A DNA stretch of 64,000 bases, from assembly GCF_009914755.1 (NCBI RefSeq), contig NC_060940.1; one strand, 5' to 3'. The notes under the pieces are model-generated. The model was not told the DNA's origin, made no database searches, and saw only the letters and a list, made by a program, of their open reading frames with translations. Of the stretch, positions 1 through 16,917 are shown in pieces. Both the position numbers and the translations under genes were made by a program. Positions within the stretch are counted from its first letter, which is position 1; the number at the start of each line of letters is the position of its first letter. This DNA is from the human T2T-CHM13v2.0 reference genome, Homo sapiens.

Positions 1-814
1 GATACCCCTAGAATGTGTTGCTATGCAATAATCCTGCACAATTAAAATTATCATCCCAAAGAAAAATATTCTGAGCAACCTCAGATCTTTGAGATTATGC
101 CAATTCTCCAATGACTACATTTGCTGAAGATAAAAAGTAGATAACTAAACAAAGAAATTCCTACATCTTCAGAGTTATTGAGTTCAGAAATTAGTAGCAT
201 ACTTTTTTTTTTTTTTGAGACAGTCTCACCACAGTCACCCAGGCTGGAGTTTAGTGGCACAATCACAACTCACTGTAGCCCCAACTTCCCAGGCTCAGGT
301 GATCCTCCCGAGTAGCTGAGTCTACAAGTGCACACCACCATGTCTGGCTAATTTTTTGTATCTTCAGTAGAGATGGGGTTCCACCATGTTGCCCACGCTG
401 GTCTCCAACTCCTGGGCTCAAGCAATCTGCCTGAATCAGTCTCCCAAAGTGCTGGCATTACAGACGTGAGCCACCGTACTATGCCTGGCCAGCATATTTC
501 TTGTGGCTTTCCTATTCCACTAAATTAAACTCAGTGTGAGTCTTAGTAACAAACTATGGAAAATGACAGAAAAAAGTTTTCTTCTATACATATTCAACCA
601 ACATCCCCCTGTAATAGTTTAGAATCGAACACTATTTTGCAAATAGTTAAACTTAAAAAACAAAAGGTGGTTCTTCACTGGGGAACGTTTGGGGTGTAAT
701 CTGTTTACAATGTGAAATTCAAGCAACACTATTATAAATACCCTGAGAACACTTTCAATTTAAATGTTTTATTGAAGATCTTATTATATCTGGTAATTCA
801 ATTGCTATTCTTAC

Positions 815-907
815 CTGGATATCTACCCTGTTGTTTATGAAATCTATCAACAGCCCGTAACATTAAGTACAACACTATTTCATTATCTGGATTGTCCATG
901 CTAGAAA
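815..907 (-). CDS. NAE1: NAE1 exon 17 ([31 protein letters not shown]); gene continues beyond the left edge of the window
   Basis: 93 nt, TTTCAG| and |GTAAGA. Confidence 0.97.
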
Positions 908-1282
908 CTGAAAGGAAAAAAAATTTCAGTTTAATTTGGTTAATTTGCAATGTAACAAACAATGAAGGGCTGAATTTACTATATACTTGAGTTTCAGGAC
1001 TATTAACTGGAGTCACACAATCTCTACTGAAGTAGTAACATACTGACTTTAACTCATACATATCACACAATGGACTCAGTGACCTAAATATGACTTTATG
1101 CATACATTAAGTTTCATATAATATATAAATTATAATTACCTAGATAAGCTTAGAATAAAATTAGAATATGTTTACGTTATCTTTAATATCATCACCATAT
1201 ACTCAACACTATTATACACAAAATATTTATATCTTTTAAATTAATTAAAATTAACCCAGAATCAGAAGGCTATTATACTTAC

Positions 1283-1369
1283 TAATTTCATCCTTGTTAA
1301 TTGTATCCAAACCATATTCTTCAGCTAAGGATCGACATCTTACCACTCGAAGAAATGCAGAATTGCTGC
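1283..1369 (-). CDS. NAE1: NAE1 exon 16 ([29 protein letters not shown])
   Basis: 87 nt, TTCAG| and |GTAAGT. Confidence 0.97.
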
Positions 1370-2667
1370 CTGAACAGAGGAAAGATATTCTGGAAGTAAT
1401 GACTGTGACTGGTGAATATTATGAATCACAGGTGACTTTAAGAACAGAGAATTATGTGTATACCCTTCTCAGACATGAGAATGTGAAGAAATGTTTTCTC
1501 CTTGGTTCTAATAGCAGAGAAAGCACTAGAACATGAATCACCTTAAATTTATATCCCTGGCACTACAACCAGTTCAGAAGCAAGTAAGGTGATGGCCTCT
1601 CTGAACCTCAGTTTTCAAGTGTAAAATGGGGATGATACTGTTTACCTTTGAGAATTGTTCTACAGATTAAATGTGACATCTGTATAAAGTGCATCTCTAG
1701 CACAATGCCTGATATGGCTCTAAAAATAATAGTTTTCATCATTATTATGGATAAGTAGTCCTAAAGGAGAGAGGTTTATGAATTGTACTCTTGATATATG
1801 TAATGACTTTAAGCTTTGTATTATTGAAATTTTCAAAAACGCCCCAAAGTAGAACAGAATAATAAATGTTCAAATACCCAGCATCAAACTTGTGATCTAG
1901 TATTATATAATCTAATACAACAAACGCTAATTCAAGATTAGTCTAATAGAACAAACAAGGTGCAAGATTAGTAGTGGCAGAAAACATTAAAACCGAGCCT
2001 AAACAGACATTGTGGAGAAGTCATAAAATGGAAAGCTTGGATAAATCTATTTTAAGGATGGGGAGCATGCAAAATATAAACTTCCACAGGACGTAGGAGC
2101 AGTAGCTACAGGGAGAAATCTTCAGATGGCATGCACAACAGATTGGGTATTTTGAAACTGACTCTTAAATAAAAGAAAATGCTTTTGGCCTACTGAGGAG
2201 TTACTGAGAAGACTCCTACGAACCTAACCACTCCGAAACTAGATGGCAAAATTCTTAACTCCATTACAGTCATTTAACACAGATCAAAATGAGTATTTAA
2301 ACCAATATTGTCAATGTACATGTGACTCAAGACTTCACACCCAAAGTCTTCAGACAAAAAAACTTCCTAAATTACTTAAAATTTAAAAACTGAAAATCCT
2401 GTATTAATGGCAATTTTCAATTAACTGACCGTCAAGCCTTTTTAGCATTGCCACAGATAAACATGTTCTACCTCTGATTCAGTCTTAAAATACTCGCCAT
2501 GTATTGTATTATGAGAGGAAAAAAAAAACCTTACCCAATAATTATCTATATCTATATCACTGAGGCCATGGAAAACTTAAAATTTCAACCATTCAAAATA
2601 CCTGGGAACATTCCCTGTGGCACATTTCTATCAAGCAAAATAAGGAAATTAATTCAAGGGGACTTAC

Positions 2668-2707
2668 AGAGTAATTTTAATTCTTTCTCTGAAATGGACT
2701 CTGGTGC
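2668..2707 (-). CDS. NAE1: NAE1 exon 15 (APESISEKELKLL)
   Basis: 40 nt, TTACAG| and |GTAAGT. Confidence 0.97.
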
Positions 2708-2990
2708 CTGTAAAGAGATAAATACAGATTCTGTTCCAGTTTAAAAGAGAAGATTAACAAAGGGTGCGGCACAAAGCCAATCACTGTGAGATGGGAAGGC
2801 TTTCTCCAAGAGCTGGGAGAGCACTTTAAAAATATCTTGTTTCCTTATCACAAGCTATCCCATTAGGCAGGGAAATGACAGCTCCCTCTAAAGAAGCACA
2901 GAGGCAGTGCCACACCCTCTGTCTCTAAACCCTTTCTGGCTGGAGTTACGTGCTGAGGCCTGTATGGGCACAGTGTGCCCAGTAGCTTAC

Positions 2991-3066
2991 CTGGCCAATG
3001 GACTGCAGCAATTTGGCAACATGATTACCCACAGCGGCAGCATCTTTCTTTGCTTTTTCACGGTAA
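2991..3066 (-). CDS. NAE1: NAE1 exon 14 ([25 protein letters not shown])
   Basis: 76 nt, TTTTAG| and |GTAAGC. Confidence 0.97.
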
Positions 3067-4803
3067 CTAAAAAAGAATAAAAAGCAATTACTAACAAATT
3101 TTTAAATTAGCAAAATTTAAATTGTTACCATGAACAAAAATTTTCTTTCCTTTTCATGAAAAAACACAGGTCTGACAATGTATGAAATGTGAAAATGCCA
3201 GGGAAATGCTATCAACAGCACCATGAGTAGCTGGGAATCTTTCCAGTGTTAGTGACGGACTCTCAGTGCCCACTAAAACCCAGGGTCCCTCTAACAGCAC
3301 CCAACTTAAAAACTGCTCCCCTAGAGGGATCTATGATTTCGGCTTCTGTGACAGAGGACCTGAAAAAATACATTACTGAAGAACATGACTTATCTCCTGG
3401 AAGTCAAGTCCAAGGAAAGTTAAATACATTAAAACTGTTCATCTCCAATGTAAAACTTCTTTGTTTTTTGAGACAGGATCTCGCTCTGCCACCCAGGCTG
3501 GAGTACAGTGGCGCAGTCCTGGCTCACTGCAGCCTCAACTTCCCACGCTCAACTGATCCTCCCACCTCAGCTTCCCAAGTAGCTGGGAATTCAGGCACAC
3601 GCTACCATGCCCGACTAATTTTTGTCTTTTTTGTAGAGACGGAGTTTCACCATGTTGCCCAGGCTGGTCTTGAACTCCTGGGTTCAAGTGATTTAGAAAC
3701 TGAAAATACTGTATTAATGACAATTTTCAATTAACTGACCTTCATACCTTTTTAGCATTGCCATAGATAAACATGCTCTACCTCTGATTGTTTTAAAATA
3801 CTCTGTATTTATTATGAGAGGAAAAAAAAACCCTTACCCAATTATTATCTGTATCTATACCACTGAGACAGACCATGGAAAACGTAAAATTTCAACCATT
3901 TAAAACAACTGTGAACATCCCTTGTGGCACATTTCACCACCCGCTTTGGCCTCCCAAAGTGCTGGGAATACAGGTGTGAGCCACTGCATCCGGCCATAAA
4001 AGTTTTCTTTACGTCTATTTACCTTTCACCCTCTAAAAATCATCAGTGTTCAGGCTGACTACCTCCCATGTAAGGTCATACTTCTTTCTATCCTCAATTG
4101 ACCTTCCCCAAGTTTTAAGTAGTTGAACTCTTAGGCTAGGACAACAAACCAAGATTCGTTCAATGGTGACATGATAAAGAGTGAAATCTGTCTGGGGAAG
4201 AGAGATCATCTCTGTGTGACATTACTTGGACCCCAAAGAAACCGAGCCAGCAGACCTGGATTCTTTGCACCATGCCCTAACTATACGAGGGTCATATTCA
4301 TTGAGACCCATCCCTGTGATAGTCTATCTGGGTTCAGGCTAGTGATACCTGGATAGCAAGATGTCTAGCTATAGTCATAGACTATAACTTATGAAACATT
4401 AAGATAAAAAATTCATCAAACCTTCATGGTTTTAAGTTACAAATACAAGGTAGTATAGGGCCATAGCTAAGCATACAGGCTCTGGTACTGGGTTTCCTGG
4501 GGTTCAAATCTTGGTTCTGCCATTTACCAGCTATCTGACCTTGTATAAGTAACCTTTTCAATACCTTAGTTTCTTCATGTGTAAAATGGGGCCGGTAACA
4601 GTCTCTCTCTCTCTCATAAGGTCGTTGTGAACCTTGTGTGTGTGTTAAATTACTTAATACATATAGTTCATAGCACAGAGTTAAGGGATCAAATATTAAG
4701 TTTATCATGAAGTATGAAAAAAAACTCTGCCTCCTAGGCGTATGTGGTAATTCTGTATTTCCCATTCAATTTTGCTTTGAGCTTAACAAGAATTGCCCCC
4801 TAA

Positions 4804-5353
<550 letters not shown>

Positions 5354-5424
5354 TGATCCGCCTGCCTCGGCCTCCCAAAGCGCTGGGATTACAGGTGTGA
5401 GCCACTGCGCCCAGCCTGGTCTAA

Positions 5425-5568
<144 letters not shown>

Positions 5569-5857
5569 TGAGATTAAAGGCGAACACTACCATGCCCACC
5601 TAATTTTTCAATTTGTAGAGATGGAAGTCTCACTATGTTGCCCACGATGGTCTCAAACTCCTGGACTCAAGCAATTCTCCCACCTTGGCCTCCCAAAGTG
5701 TTGGGATTACAGGCATGAGCCACTGCAGCTGGCCTAGTTTATTTATAAGCAATGAGGTTGTAATAAACTTTCATTTGATTTCTGACAGGATGATAAAATG
5801 TTTATCTCTAATATAATCAGACTTTTTCTATTACATAGTTTGAAAACAGTGACATAC

Positions 5858-5991
5858 ACGTTTTGCAGTTTTATATATTTGCCTGAATCTGCAATCATAT
5901 CAGGAATTGTGCCTCGAACAGGTAAATTTCCTTGACCCTCTTTGGCCACAAATTCCTTTAAGGCACGAGCTAAAATCCAAAATGATGGAGT
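5858..5991 (-). CDS. NAE1: NAE1 exon 13 ([45 protein letters not shown])
   Basis: 134 nt after an 89-nt intron; TTTTAG| and |GTATGT. Confidence 0.97.
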
Positions 5992-6080
5992 CTAAAAGAA
6001 TAAGAAAAAATTAACATTAAGTGGCGTTTTACTTTGACCCAAAGTTTTAGCAGCAATGTTTTTACTTTTGTTGTTGTTAC

Positions 6081-6140
6081 CTGTTTGGTGATATTTATGC
6101 AGCGATCATCATTAAATATATCTTCAATACTGCTTGGGAT
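6081..6140 (-). CDS. NAE1: NAE1 exon 12 ([20 protein letters not shown])
   Basis: 60 nt, TTAG| and |GTAACA. Confidence 0.97.
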
Positions 6141-6594
6141 CTAACAAAGGAACATGAAACATTTACTTACACAGTATTAAGAATTCGCCCATCTTTATTT
6201 TCAGTGCTATTTCTTCAGATATGTTCTTTGAATTCTCAAATTGTAATCAAATACAAACTTCTGATTGGTTTATAATTTTATTTAGAATCAGTACCATATG
6301 AAGATTTGATGGGGAAAGAATGGAAGAAAGACCTCTCCGGCCCACTGTTGCTACCATTTAATACCTATTCTCTTATACCATAAATGGGGTAAAGAAGGGG
6401 CCCCAGTAAATTATTTTATATAGTTACATCTGAAGACAAAACAGATTATAGACTCGCAGTATATCATGATTTTCCATCTTGTCAAAAATCTGAAACCCTT
6501 GCACCCTAATTAGTGACCGTTGAGACAACCACTCTGAAAAAAACTAAAACCATAAAGTAATTTTATTGCTAGCAAGATCTTCATACGTTAATCA

Positions 6595-7495
<901 letters not shown>

Positions 7496-7609
7496 ATCTT
7501 TTCTTTTCAACTGTGGTTTTATATTCAGTGAAATACAGAGATTTCAAATGTCCAATTCAATGCATTTTGATAACTATATATACATATTTTTAACCATAAC
7601 CCCAATTAA

Positions 7610-8193
<584 letters not shown>

Positions 8194-8460
8194 TGATCTG
8201 CCCTCCTCGGCCTCCCAAAAGTGTTGGGATTACAGGTGTGAGCCACCGCGCCTGGCCCCAGCCAGCACACTTTTAATCACTCAGCAACACTGCCTTGTTG
8301 TCTCTAAAAAGTTGGTAATAATATCTTACGTGCCTTCCTAACTTGAAAGGCAGCATATTTGCTGTTTTAAGTTACAAGAAAATTCTAACTTAAACTACCA
8401 GGTGTTATTCCAAAGCTCCCCAAAAACTTCAATGGTCAGACCTCAACAACTAAGCCATAA

Positions 8461-8762
<302 letters not shown>

Positions 8763-8874
8763 TAACTATACATTTAGAAAATATTAACTTAAATCATTAT
8801 AGTCAACCATTTAATAGCCAAGGACTCTAGAAAACATCTTGTTCATGTGAATCCCTCAGCAACTCTTTCATTAC

Positions 8875-8966
8875 CTGAGTTGTATTTAGTGCTGTGTTCA
8901 CATTTTTAATAGCTTCTTCAAAATTCTCTTCATCTTCTGGAGCCCCATTTTCATTTTTTAGAATTC
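8875..8966 (-). CDS. NAE1: NAE1 exon 11 ([31 protein letters not shown])
   Basis: 92 nt, ATAG| and |GTAATG. Confidence 0.97.
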
Positions 8967-9258
8967 CTATTGTAATGGGAAATTGTTAGCAAACAGCCCT
9001 TTTCTTTTCACTCTTCTGTTCCCCCATTATAAAAATAACCTTGTCAGATCCTGCAGAATATTAAATCTTAAGAAGAAATACGGCTTATCATTAGTCCTTA
9101 AAACTATACAAGGCGTGGCTTCTTAACTTCTCCAGAAGGAAAATAAAAGCTCATGATGCTATCATCTGACAAAGGTGTTAACAGAAATCCAATAAGTACC
9201 TGCCTCTAGCAATTTGCTTTTCAAGCTTTATACAGTATTTAATCATATCCCATATTAC

Positions 9259-9322
9259 CTTGTCTAATCAAATCTCTGAAGTCCTCTTTTTCTTTATACG
9301 TTTTAGGTATTCGTCCATTTGT
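9259..9322 (-). CDS. NAE1: NAE1 exon 10 (TNGRIPKTYKEKEDFRDLIRQ)
   Basis: 64 nt, TTTAG| and |GTAATA. Confidence 0.97.
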
Positions 9323-9718
9323 CTAAATTGGTTAAAAATTTTAAAAATCTAGTTATTAAAATTCAAAATACAGAAATTGAAAGTCTAAAGTGTCCCCCAT
9401 TCTCTACATAAGATTTCATCAACAAATATATTTCTCTGTGAAATCAGAGGCTCACTTGATAGAAAACAGACACTGTGACCATTTATCTACATTCATTCCC
9501 CCTGCCAGTTTCATAATGACATTTATTGAATTTCATTTTAATTAAAATTATCAGGATCAAAAGAGGAACTGCTAGATTTAAATTTAAAAGCATCCATTTG
9601 CCCTACCATACAACTCCATAAGGAAAAAAAATTAATCTCCCATTCCCCATCAAGGAAATCCTTTGTAAGAAACTGAAAATACAGTTGCATATGAAATTTT
9701 TTTTAAAAAAGGACATAC

Positions 9719-9781
9719 TTCACTATACCACTGTGCTAAATATTTAGCTATGATCACAATCCATGGAGTATGACTGTGGTC
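9719..9781 (-). CDS. NAE1: NAE1 exon 9 ([21 protein letters not shown])
   Basis: 63 nt, TTTTAG| and |GTATGT. Confidence 0.97.
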
Positions 9782-10249
9782 CTAAAAATGAGAGACAAAT
9801 AAAAGAAAATATCAGTATTATGAATTCTTCACTGTACCATCTCGTTTTCAACAAATTCAACAATATTTATGATCTCCTAATATATGCAGAGTAGTGAATA
9901 GACGAAAATGAACTGAGTTAATAAAAACTGCTTTACAAATTTTTCTAGAGGCAGATACCTAGTATGTCACATATATACTATGATTGTCCCCATTATACCA
10001 GCAAAACAGTCTCAGAGACTGCCACCCAAAAACACAGCTCAAATCTCAATTTCAGACACCAATCCTAAGTAAGAAAGGAGGATCTTTTCTGTTTTCTGAT
10101 GAACCAAATAAGCAACTGCATGTTAATTAATATGGAAGTGGGAAAAAATACATATACGCCTTATAGTGTTATGTCATTATTTCTATTTGTTTAGAAAAAG
10201 TCCATAAAGAGAACTTCTTGGAATTTTTTTATTTCTGTTTTTTGTTTTA

Positions 10250-10555
10250 AAATTTTTTACTTTCAATTTTTGTGGGTACTTAGGTGTATATATTTATGGG
10301 GTACATGCTTTGATACAGGCATGCAATGTGAAATAAGCACATCATGGAGAATGGGGTATCTGTATAGCATTTATCCCCTCAAGCGTTTATCCTTTATGTT
10401 ACAAATAATCCAATTAAACTCTTTTAATTATTTTAAAATGTATAACTGAGTTGTTATTACTAACTATAGTCACCTTGTTGTGCTTTCAAGGAGTAAATCT
10501 TATTTATTCTTTCTAATTTTTTTTTGGTACCCATTAACCATCCCCATCTCCCCAC
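10250..10555 (-). mobile_element. L1MA-type 3' end fragment
   Basis: Characteristic antisense L1MA 3' UTR text (TGATACAGGCATGCAATGTG...CCCATTAACCATCCCC). Confidence 0.75.
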
Positions 10556-10821
10556 CTGGAATAGGTTAATGTCCAATTTCTTGACCTGGGTAGTGATTAC
10601 ACAGATGTTCAGTATATGTACTTTTCTTCAGTAAAAAAGTTTTTTAATTTTGGAGAAAAATTAATATGTTGAAAACAAGGTAAAATACTGTTATTGGGTA
10701 ATCGGGATGACAGGAATATGGAAGTTTATAGGATTTTCTCACTTTAGTGTAATTCAAAAACCTTAGGTTAAAAAAATGTTTTAAGTCTATCTGTAAATGT
10801 AAGGTCACACACACTACCAAC

Positions 10822-10931
10822 CTTTTTTTCCATATGATCCAAATCATAGGACTGAAAATGTTCTCTCAGTTCAGGAAATGGCTTATCTAGTCGTAGATCC
10901 TCTAATGCATTATCTGGATGAGATTCTATTA
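10822..10931 (-). CDS. NAE1: NAE1 exon 8 ([37 protein letters not shown])
   Basis: 110 nt, TCACAG| and |GTTGGT. Confidence 0.97.
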
Positions 10932-11832
10932 CTGTGAAACAAAGAATTCAAAAGGATAAATTTAACACTTAAAAAAAAAAAAGAGAGAGATGGGGTCTTG
11001 CTGTATTACCCAGGCTGAAGTACAGTGGCACAATCACAGCTCACTGCTGAAACTCCTGGGCTGAAGGGATCCTCCCACCTCAGCCTCCTGAGAAGGTGGG
11101 ACTACAGTCTCGTGTCACTGTGCCCAGCTAATTTTTTTGTAGGGATAGGGTCTCACTATGTCACCCAGGCTAGTCTCAAACTCCTGGATTCAAGGGCTCC
11201 TCCTGCCTCGGCCTCCCAAAGTCCTTGCATTACAGGTGTGAGCCACCGTGCCCAGCTCAAAAGATAAACTTAATTCTTTGGCAATACTGATGACAATACA
11301 TTGAATTATAGAAACTTAGGAAATCTTTAATTTTTAAATGGACACAGGGCCCACAGGTTTTTTCACTGTTTTATTAAGGTACGATTTACATATAGTAAAA
11401 TGCAGAAATCTTAAGTCAACTATAAAGTTTTAGTAAAAGTAAAACCAAGATTCCTTTAGAACACAATTTGTTCTAACTGGAAAAGCTCAACATTGACAAA
11501 CCCTAGGTACAGATAGCAACTAACAACCTATCCTTCCTCCTCTTGTGGTCTTCAATAGACAGCATCACCATCTACCTAGACTTCTTCTCCAGAAACCTGA
11601 TGGGCATCCTTCACTTCTTGCTTCCTTGGCCCCAACATCAGTAACTCCCCACTTCCTAATCTCACTCTGTACACTGCTCTCCACATGAGAGAGGACAGGA
11701 GAGTGTATAATTTCAGTGAGTGCTTAGAGGTAGGCCCAGTTCTGTCACTTGCTAACTATGTGACCTTAGGCAAATAATTTAATCTCTCATTGCCTCAGCA
11801 TCATCTATAAAAAGCAGATATTAAAGTATCTA

Positions 11833-12062
11833 CAGATTGTATATCTCTCTTATCCAAAATGCTTGGGACCATAAGTGTTTTGGATTTTGTTGAGTTTTTG
11901 GTATATTTGCAAATACATATTAGATGAGCTCTCTAACCCAAAAATCTGAAGTAAGAAATGTTCCAATGAGTGTTTCCTTTGAATATTATGTCAGTTCTCA
12001 AAAAGTTTTGCATTTTGGAGCATTTCTGATTTTGGATTTTTGGATTAAGGATACTCAATCTG
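11833..12062. mobile_element. Tigger4a/MER46-type MITE inserted in a MIR
   Basis: TA-flanked degenerate TIRs CAGATTG.../...ACTCAATCTG; typical internal TTTTGGATTT motifs. Confidence 0.75.
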
Positions 12063-12735
12063 TACCTTATAAAGGTTTTGGAAAGAGTAAATGAAATAAT
12101 TCTTATAAAGGCAGGCACACAACTAGTAATGCTGAACCTTCATTATTATCTACCCTCTCTTCTTCTCTTCCCTAAATTAGGAAAAAGAACACACTCTCTC
12201 TTACTTAGGCCACTGGAAATTTCTAACAGCAATCACTGCCTCCAATCTTTGCCCCTTTAAATCCATTTACTTTCCACTCAACTTCAAAGTGACCCATTTA
12301 AAATAAAATGTTTACATGGTCACTCTCCCACTTTCAACTCTTTTGTTCCCTCCCATCAGTTGACACCACTTTCAACTCTTAAATGGCTCACCACCAGCAG
12401 CCAGAGCTTATCCTGACAAGCACTCCCTAACTGCCCACACAGATATTACTCCTCAGTGATGCTACCAATGCCAATGGCTATCACCACATTAGCAGAGTGC
12501 TTGGCTCATAGTAAAAATGTTTTCTTGAGTCAATAAAGAGCACTGTTTTGAATACTGGATGAAAATTTTATGATCATCTAAGATTAAAATTTTATAAGTA
12601 AAGGGCTTATATAAACCCTCAGCTGATGGAGGTCTGCCTATAAACGACTTTGGTCTCTTACAACAGTTTCCTTGGGAACAGTAGTTATGTAAATGTCTTT
12701 GTTGTGTGAAATTGCACCTGAATTGAGAGAACCTA

Positions 12736-13432
<697 letters not shown>

Positions 13433-13743
13433 TTAGCTCTCCACAGCCATACATGCCCAATGTGGGTTAGGGGGCAAAAGAAGCTGGGTACTTGCATAGT
13501 TGCTGGATCTCCTAATAAGATGAAGAAGCTGTGCCTGTGGTATATCATGCTTTGTATCCTTCTATAATGCTACATAAAGAGTAGATTGCAGCCTATTGAA
13601 TCTGATTGCCACTTTGAATCTGCAACTAGAGATGTGCTGCTACAAATTTACTTTGTAATTTAAAACTGACTTTCTAAATTGTCAAGTTTCTAAAATTATA
13701 GCTAAAGCAACCAATAGTAAGCCCATATGCTCAACAATTTTAC

Positions 13744-13853
13744 CTGGATGTTCTTTTATAATGATCCTCATATAACCAACTAGTCCATATGTCCTACAGA
13801 TCAAAAGAGGAATCTGGGAATTCCAGAGGACATCTGCTAAGCGTAGTGAAGTG
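13744..13853 (-). CDS. NAE1: NAE1 exon 7 ([37 protein letters not shown])
   Basis: 110 nt, AACAG| and |GTAAAA. Confidence 0.97.
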
Positions 13854-14143
13854 CTGTTTAAAAAAAAAAAGCAAAATATGAACATAAGCAAATGGAAATA
13901 TGCCAAACATGAAAACATGCAAAACATGAAAATGTCTTACAGCAACTTTCTTACTAAATAATAGATGCAAAGGTACATAACTGCATTTACATAAGCAGGT
14001 CAAGAACACACTGAAAAGCAAGCATTTCCACAGGCTGCAGTCTCAAAGAAAGTACATCTTTGGACAAGAGGGATGTGAAACTTTAGTCTGTCATATTAAG
14101 GAGAAACGTTAAAGAAAGATAATTCTAAACATTTCCATGATAG

Positions 14144-14287
<144 letters not shown>

Positions 14288-15520
14288 TGAGTAGCTGGGA
14301 CCACAAGCAGGCACACCATCTGGCTAAATTTTGTAGTTTTTGTAGACACAAGGTTTTGCCATGTTGCCCAGGTGGTCTTAAACTCCTGTGCTCAAGTGAT
14401 CTGAACCTGTCTCAGCCTGGTTCTGCTGGAATTACAGGCATGAGTCACTGCACCCAGCCTTCAATAATCAATTCTAACTAGTTTTTAATCACTAAAACAA
14501 ACAAAGAACAAAAACAACAACAACAAAAAAACAATGTTCGGTTTAACTGCTCTAAATATATTCCAAAAGTTTCACATCTAAGGTTAGGCTTGGTGGCTCC
14601 ACAACTGTAATCCCAGGACTTTGGGTGGCTGAGGCAGGCAGATGACTTGGGGCCAGGAGTTTGAGATCAGCCTGGCCAACATGGTGAAACCCCGTCTCTA
14701 CTACAAATACAAAAATTAGCCGGGCACGGTGGCACATGCCTATAATCCCAGCTATTTGGGAGACTGAGGCACGAGAGTTACCTGAACCCAGGAGGCAGAG
14801 GTTGCAGTGAGCTAAGATTGTGCCACTGCACTCCAGCCTGAGCAACAGAGCAAGACTCTGTCTAAAGAATAATAATAAAAAAAAAAGTTTCAGTATTTTT
14901 CTCTTCCTCATCTTTTCAATGCTGGAAGATTTCTAAGAATTTCTTTTATTTATTTATTTATTTATTTATTTTTTTTTTTTGAGACAGAGTCTAACTCTGT
15001 CACAAGGGCTGGAGTGTAGTGGCACGATCTTTGGCTCACTGCAACCTCCACCTCCCTGATTCAAGCGATTCTCTTGTCTCAGCTTCCCGAGTAGCTGGGA
15101 CTATAGGCGTGAGCCACCACGCCCAGCTAATTTTTGTATTTTTAGTAGAGATGGGATTTCACCATGTTGGCCAGGATGGTCTCAATCTCCTGACCTCGTG
15201 ATCCACCTGCCTCGGCCTCCCAAAGTGCTGGGATTACAGGCATGAGCCACCGTGCCCAGCCATAAATCTGAAACTCTTGACCAGGCACGTTGGCTCACAC
15301 CTGTAATCCCAACACTTTGGGAGGCCGAGGAGGGTGCATTGCTTGAGCTCAGGAATTTGAGCTCAAGCTCAAAAAAAAAAAAAAAAAAAAAGTTTCATAT
15401 TTAAAGTTTCTATAGAATTTAACAATTTTTAAAACCATATCATCATAGACTGTGCAAAGAAAATAAAACAATGCAAATCTAATAAGATTAAAATAAAAAC
15501 ATATTAACATAAAAATTTAC

Positions 15521-15600
15521 CTTTCAGGAAGCTGAGTTGCAACTACAACAGTAAACCTACAGAAAAATGAGGGATCATTGTCTAGAAGGTTTTCTGGACT
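15521..15600 (-). CDS. NAE1: NAE1 exon 6 (SPENLLDNDPSFFCRFTVVVATQLPE)
   Basis: 80 nt, TTTAG| and |GTAAAT. Confidence 0.97.
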
Positions 15601-15822
15601 CTAAACAGGACAGCAAAGAAAAAAACAAACAAAAAAAACCAATTTCACAATCATATTAAACATGGCAGAGACAGTTAAGCTATTTTACAACAAATGAGGC
15701 AACAATTCCAATTCAACTAATCATAAATGACACAAAGATTCAAAATTCTAAATTTCTGGGGCTTTGAATTATTTAAAAAATTGTATTTCAGCACAGACAT
15801 AATAATGTGTGTACATATATAC

Positions 15823-15894
15823 CTCTTCCACAAAACTTCCAGAGACATCGCTATTTAATTCTTGTAAGAATTCCATGGCAGCTTCAGCTCGGTT
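15823..15894 (-). CDS. NAE1: NAE1 exon 5 ([24 protein letters not shown])
   Basis: 72 nt; TTTTTAAAAAG| acceptor, |GTATAT donor. Confidence 0.97.
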
Positions 15895-16698
15895 CTTTTT
15901 AAAAACAAAGCATTTAACTTGAATTAGAAAAAACTTGGTCACAATATAATCCCCCAATTTATGGAACAGGCAAACATACTGTAAAACTATCCAAATTTCA
16001 TGCATAAGTATGACAACTCTGTTTCCCTTCTTTTTTCTTTTTAGAGACAGGCTTTTGCTCTGTTGCCCAGTTTGTAGCATAGTGGCCTGATCATAGCTCA
16101 CTGCAGCCTTGAACTCCTAGGCTTAAGCAATCTTCCTGCCTCAGCCTCCCAAGTAGGTGGGACTACAGGCATGTGCTACCATGCCCAGCTAATTTTTTAA
16201 AAAAATATTTTGTAGAGACAGGGTCTTGACATGTTGCCCAGGCTGGTCTTGAACTCCTGGTCTCAAGCAATCCTCCTGCCTTGACCTCCCAAAGTGCTGA
16301 GATTACAGGCGTGAGCCACTGCTCCCAGCCAATTCTGCTTCTCCTAGTGTTTAAGACTCAACAGAATATTACTTAAAACAGAGCAAAACCATCATCATCC
16401 AGAGTTCTCAAATGACATTACTTGTACTCTACTTTTTTGATTAGGCAAATGACCAAAAAACTCTGGGTAGCAGGCAGGGATATCCTGGATCAAGTTCAGA
16501 CTCACTCTAACCACCCACATCTATAATCCTGTACAAGAGTGGTTAATCACTAAGCTAAAAGTCATTTCACTAAGTTGACTAACATGGTTTTGTAAGATTT
16601 TTTAGGCTGGGCGTGGTGGCTCATGCCTGTAATCTCAGCACTTTGGGAGGCTGAAGCGGGTGGATCACAAGGTCAGGAGATCGAGACCATCCTGGCTA

Positions 16699-16917
<219 letters not shown>

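Larger units (their letters stand above)
2381..3935 (+). repeat. Local direct duplication: 2381-2628 is copied at 3691-3935
   Basis: Two ~245-bp co-linear copies, roughly 85-90% identical by eye. Confidence 0.92.

Noticed and set aside
2381-2628. Duplicated intronic segment as a snoRNA pair
   Set aside because: No properly placed C/D boxes or H/ACA double-hairpin seen on the host strand; one copy interrupts an Alu, and the divergence looks neutral
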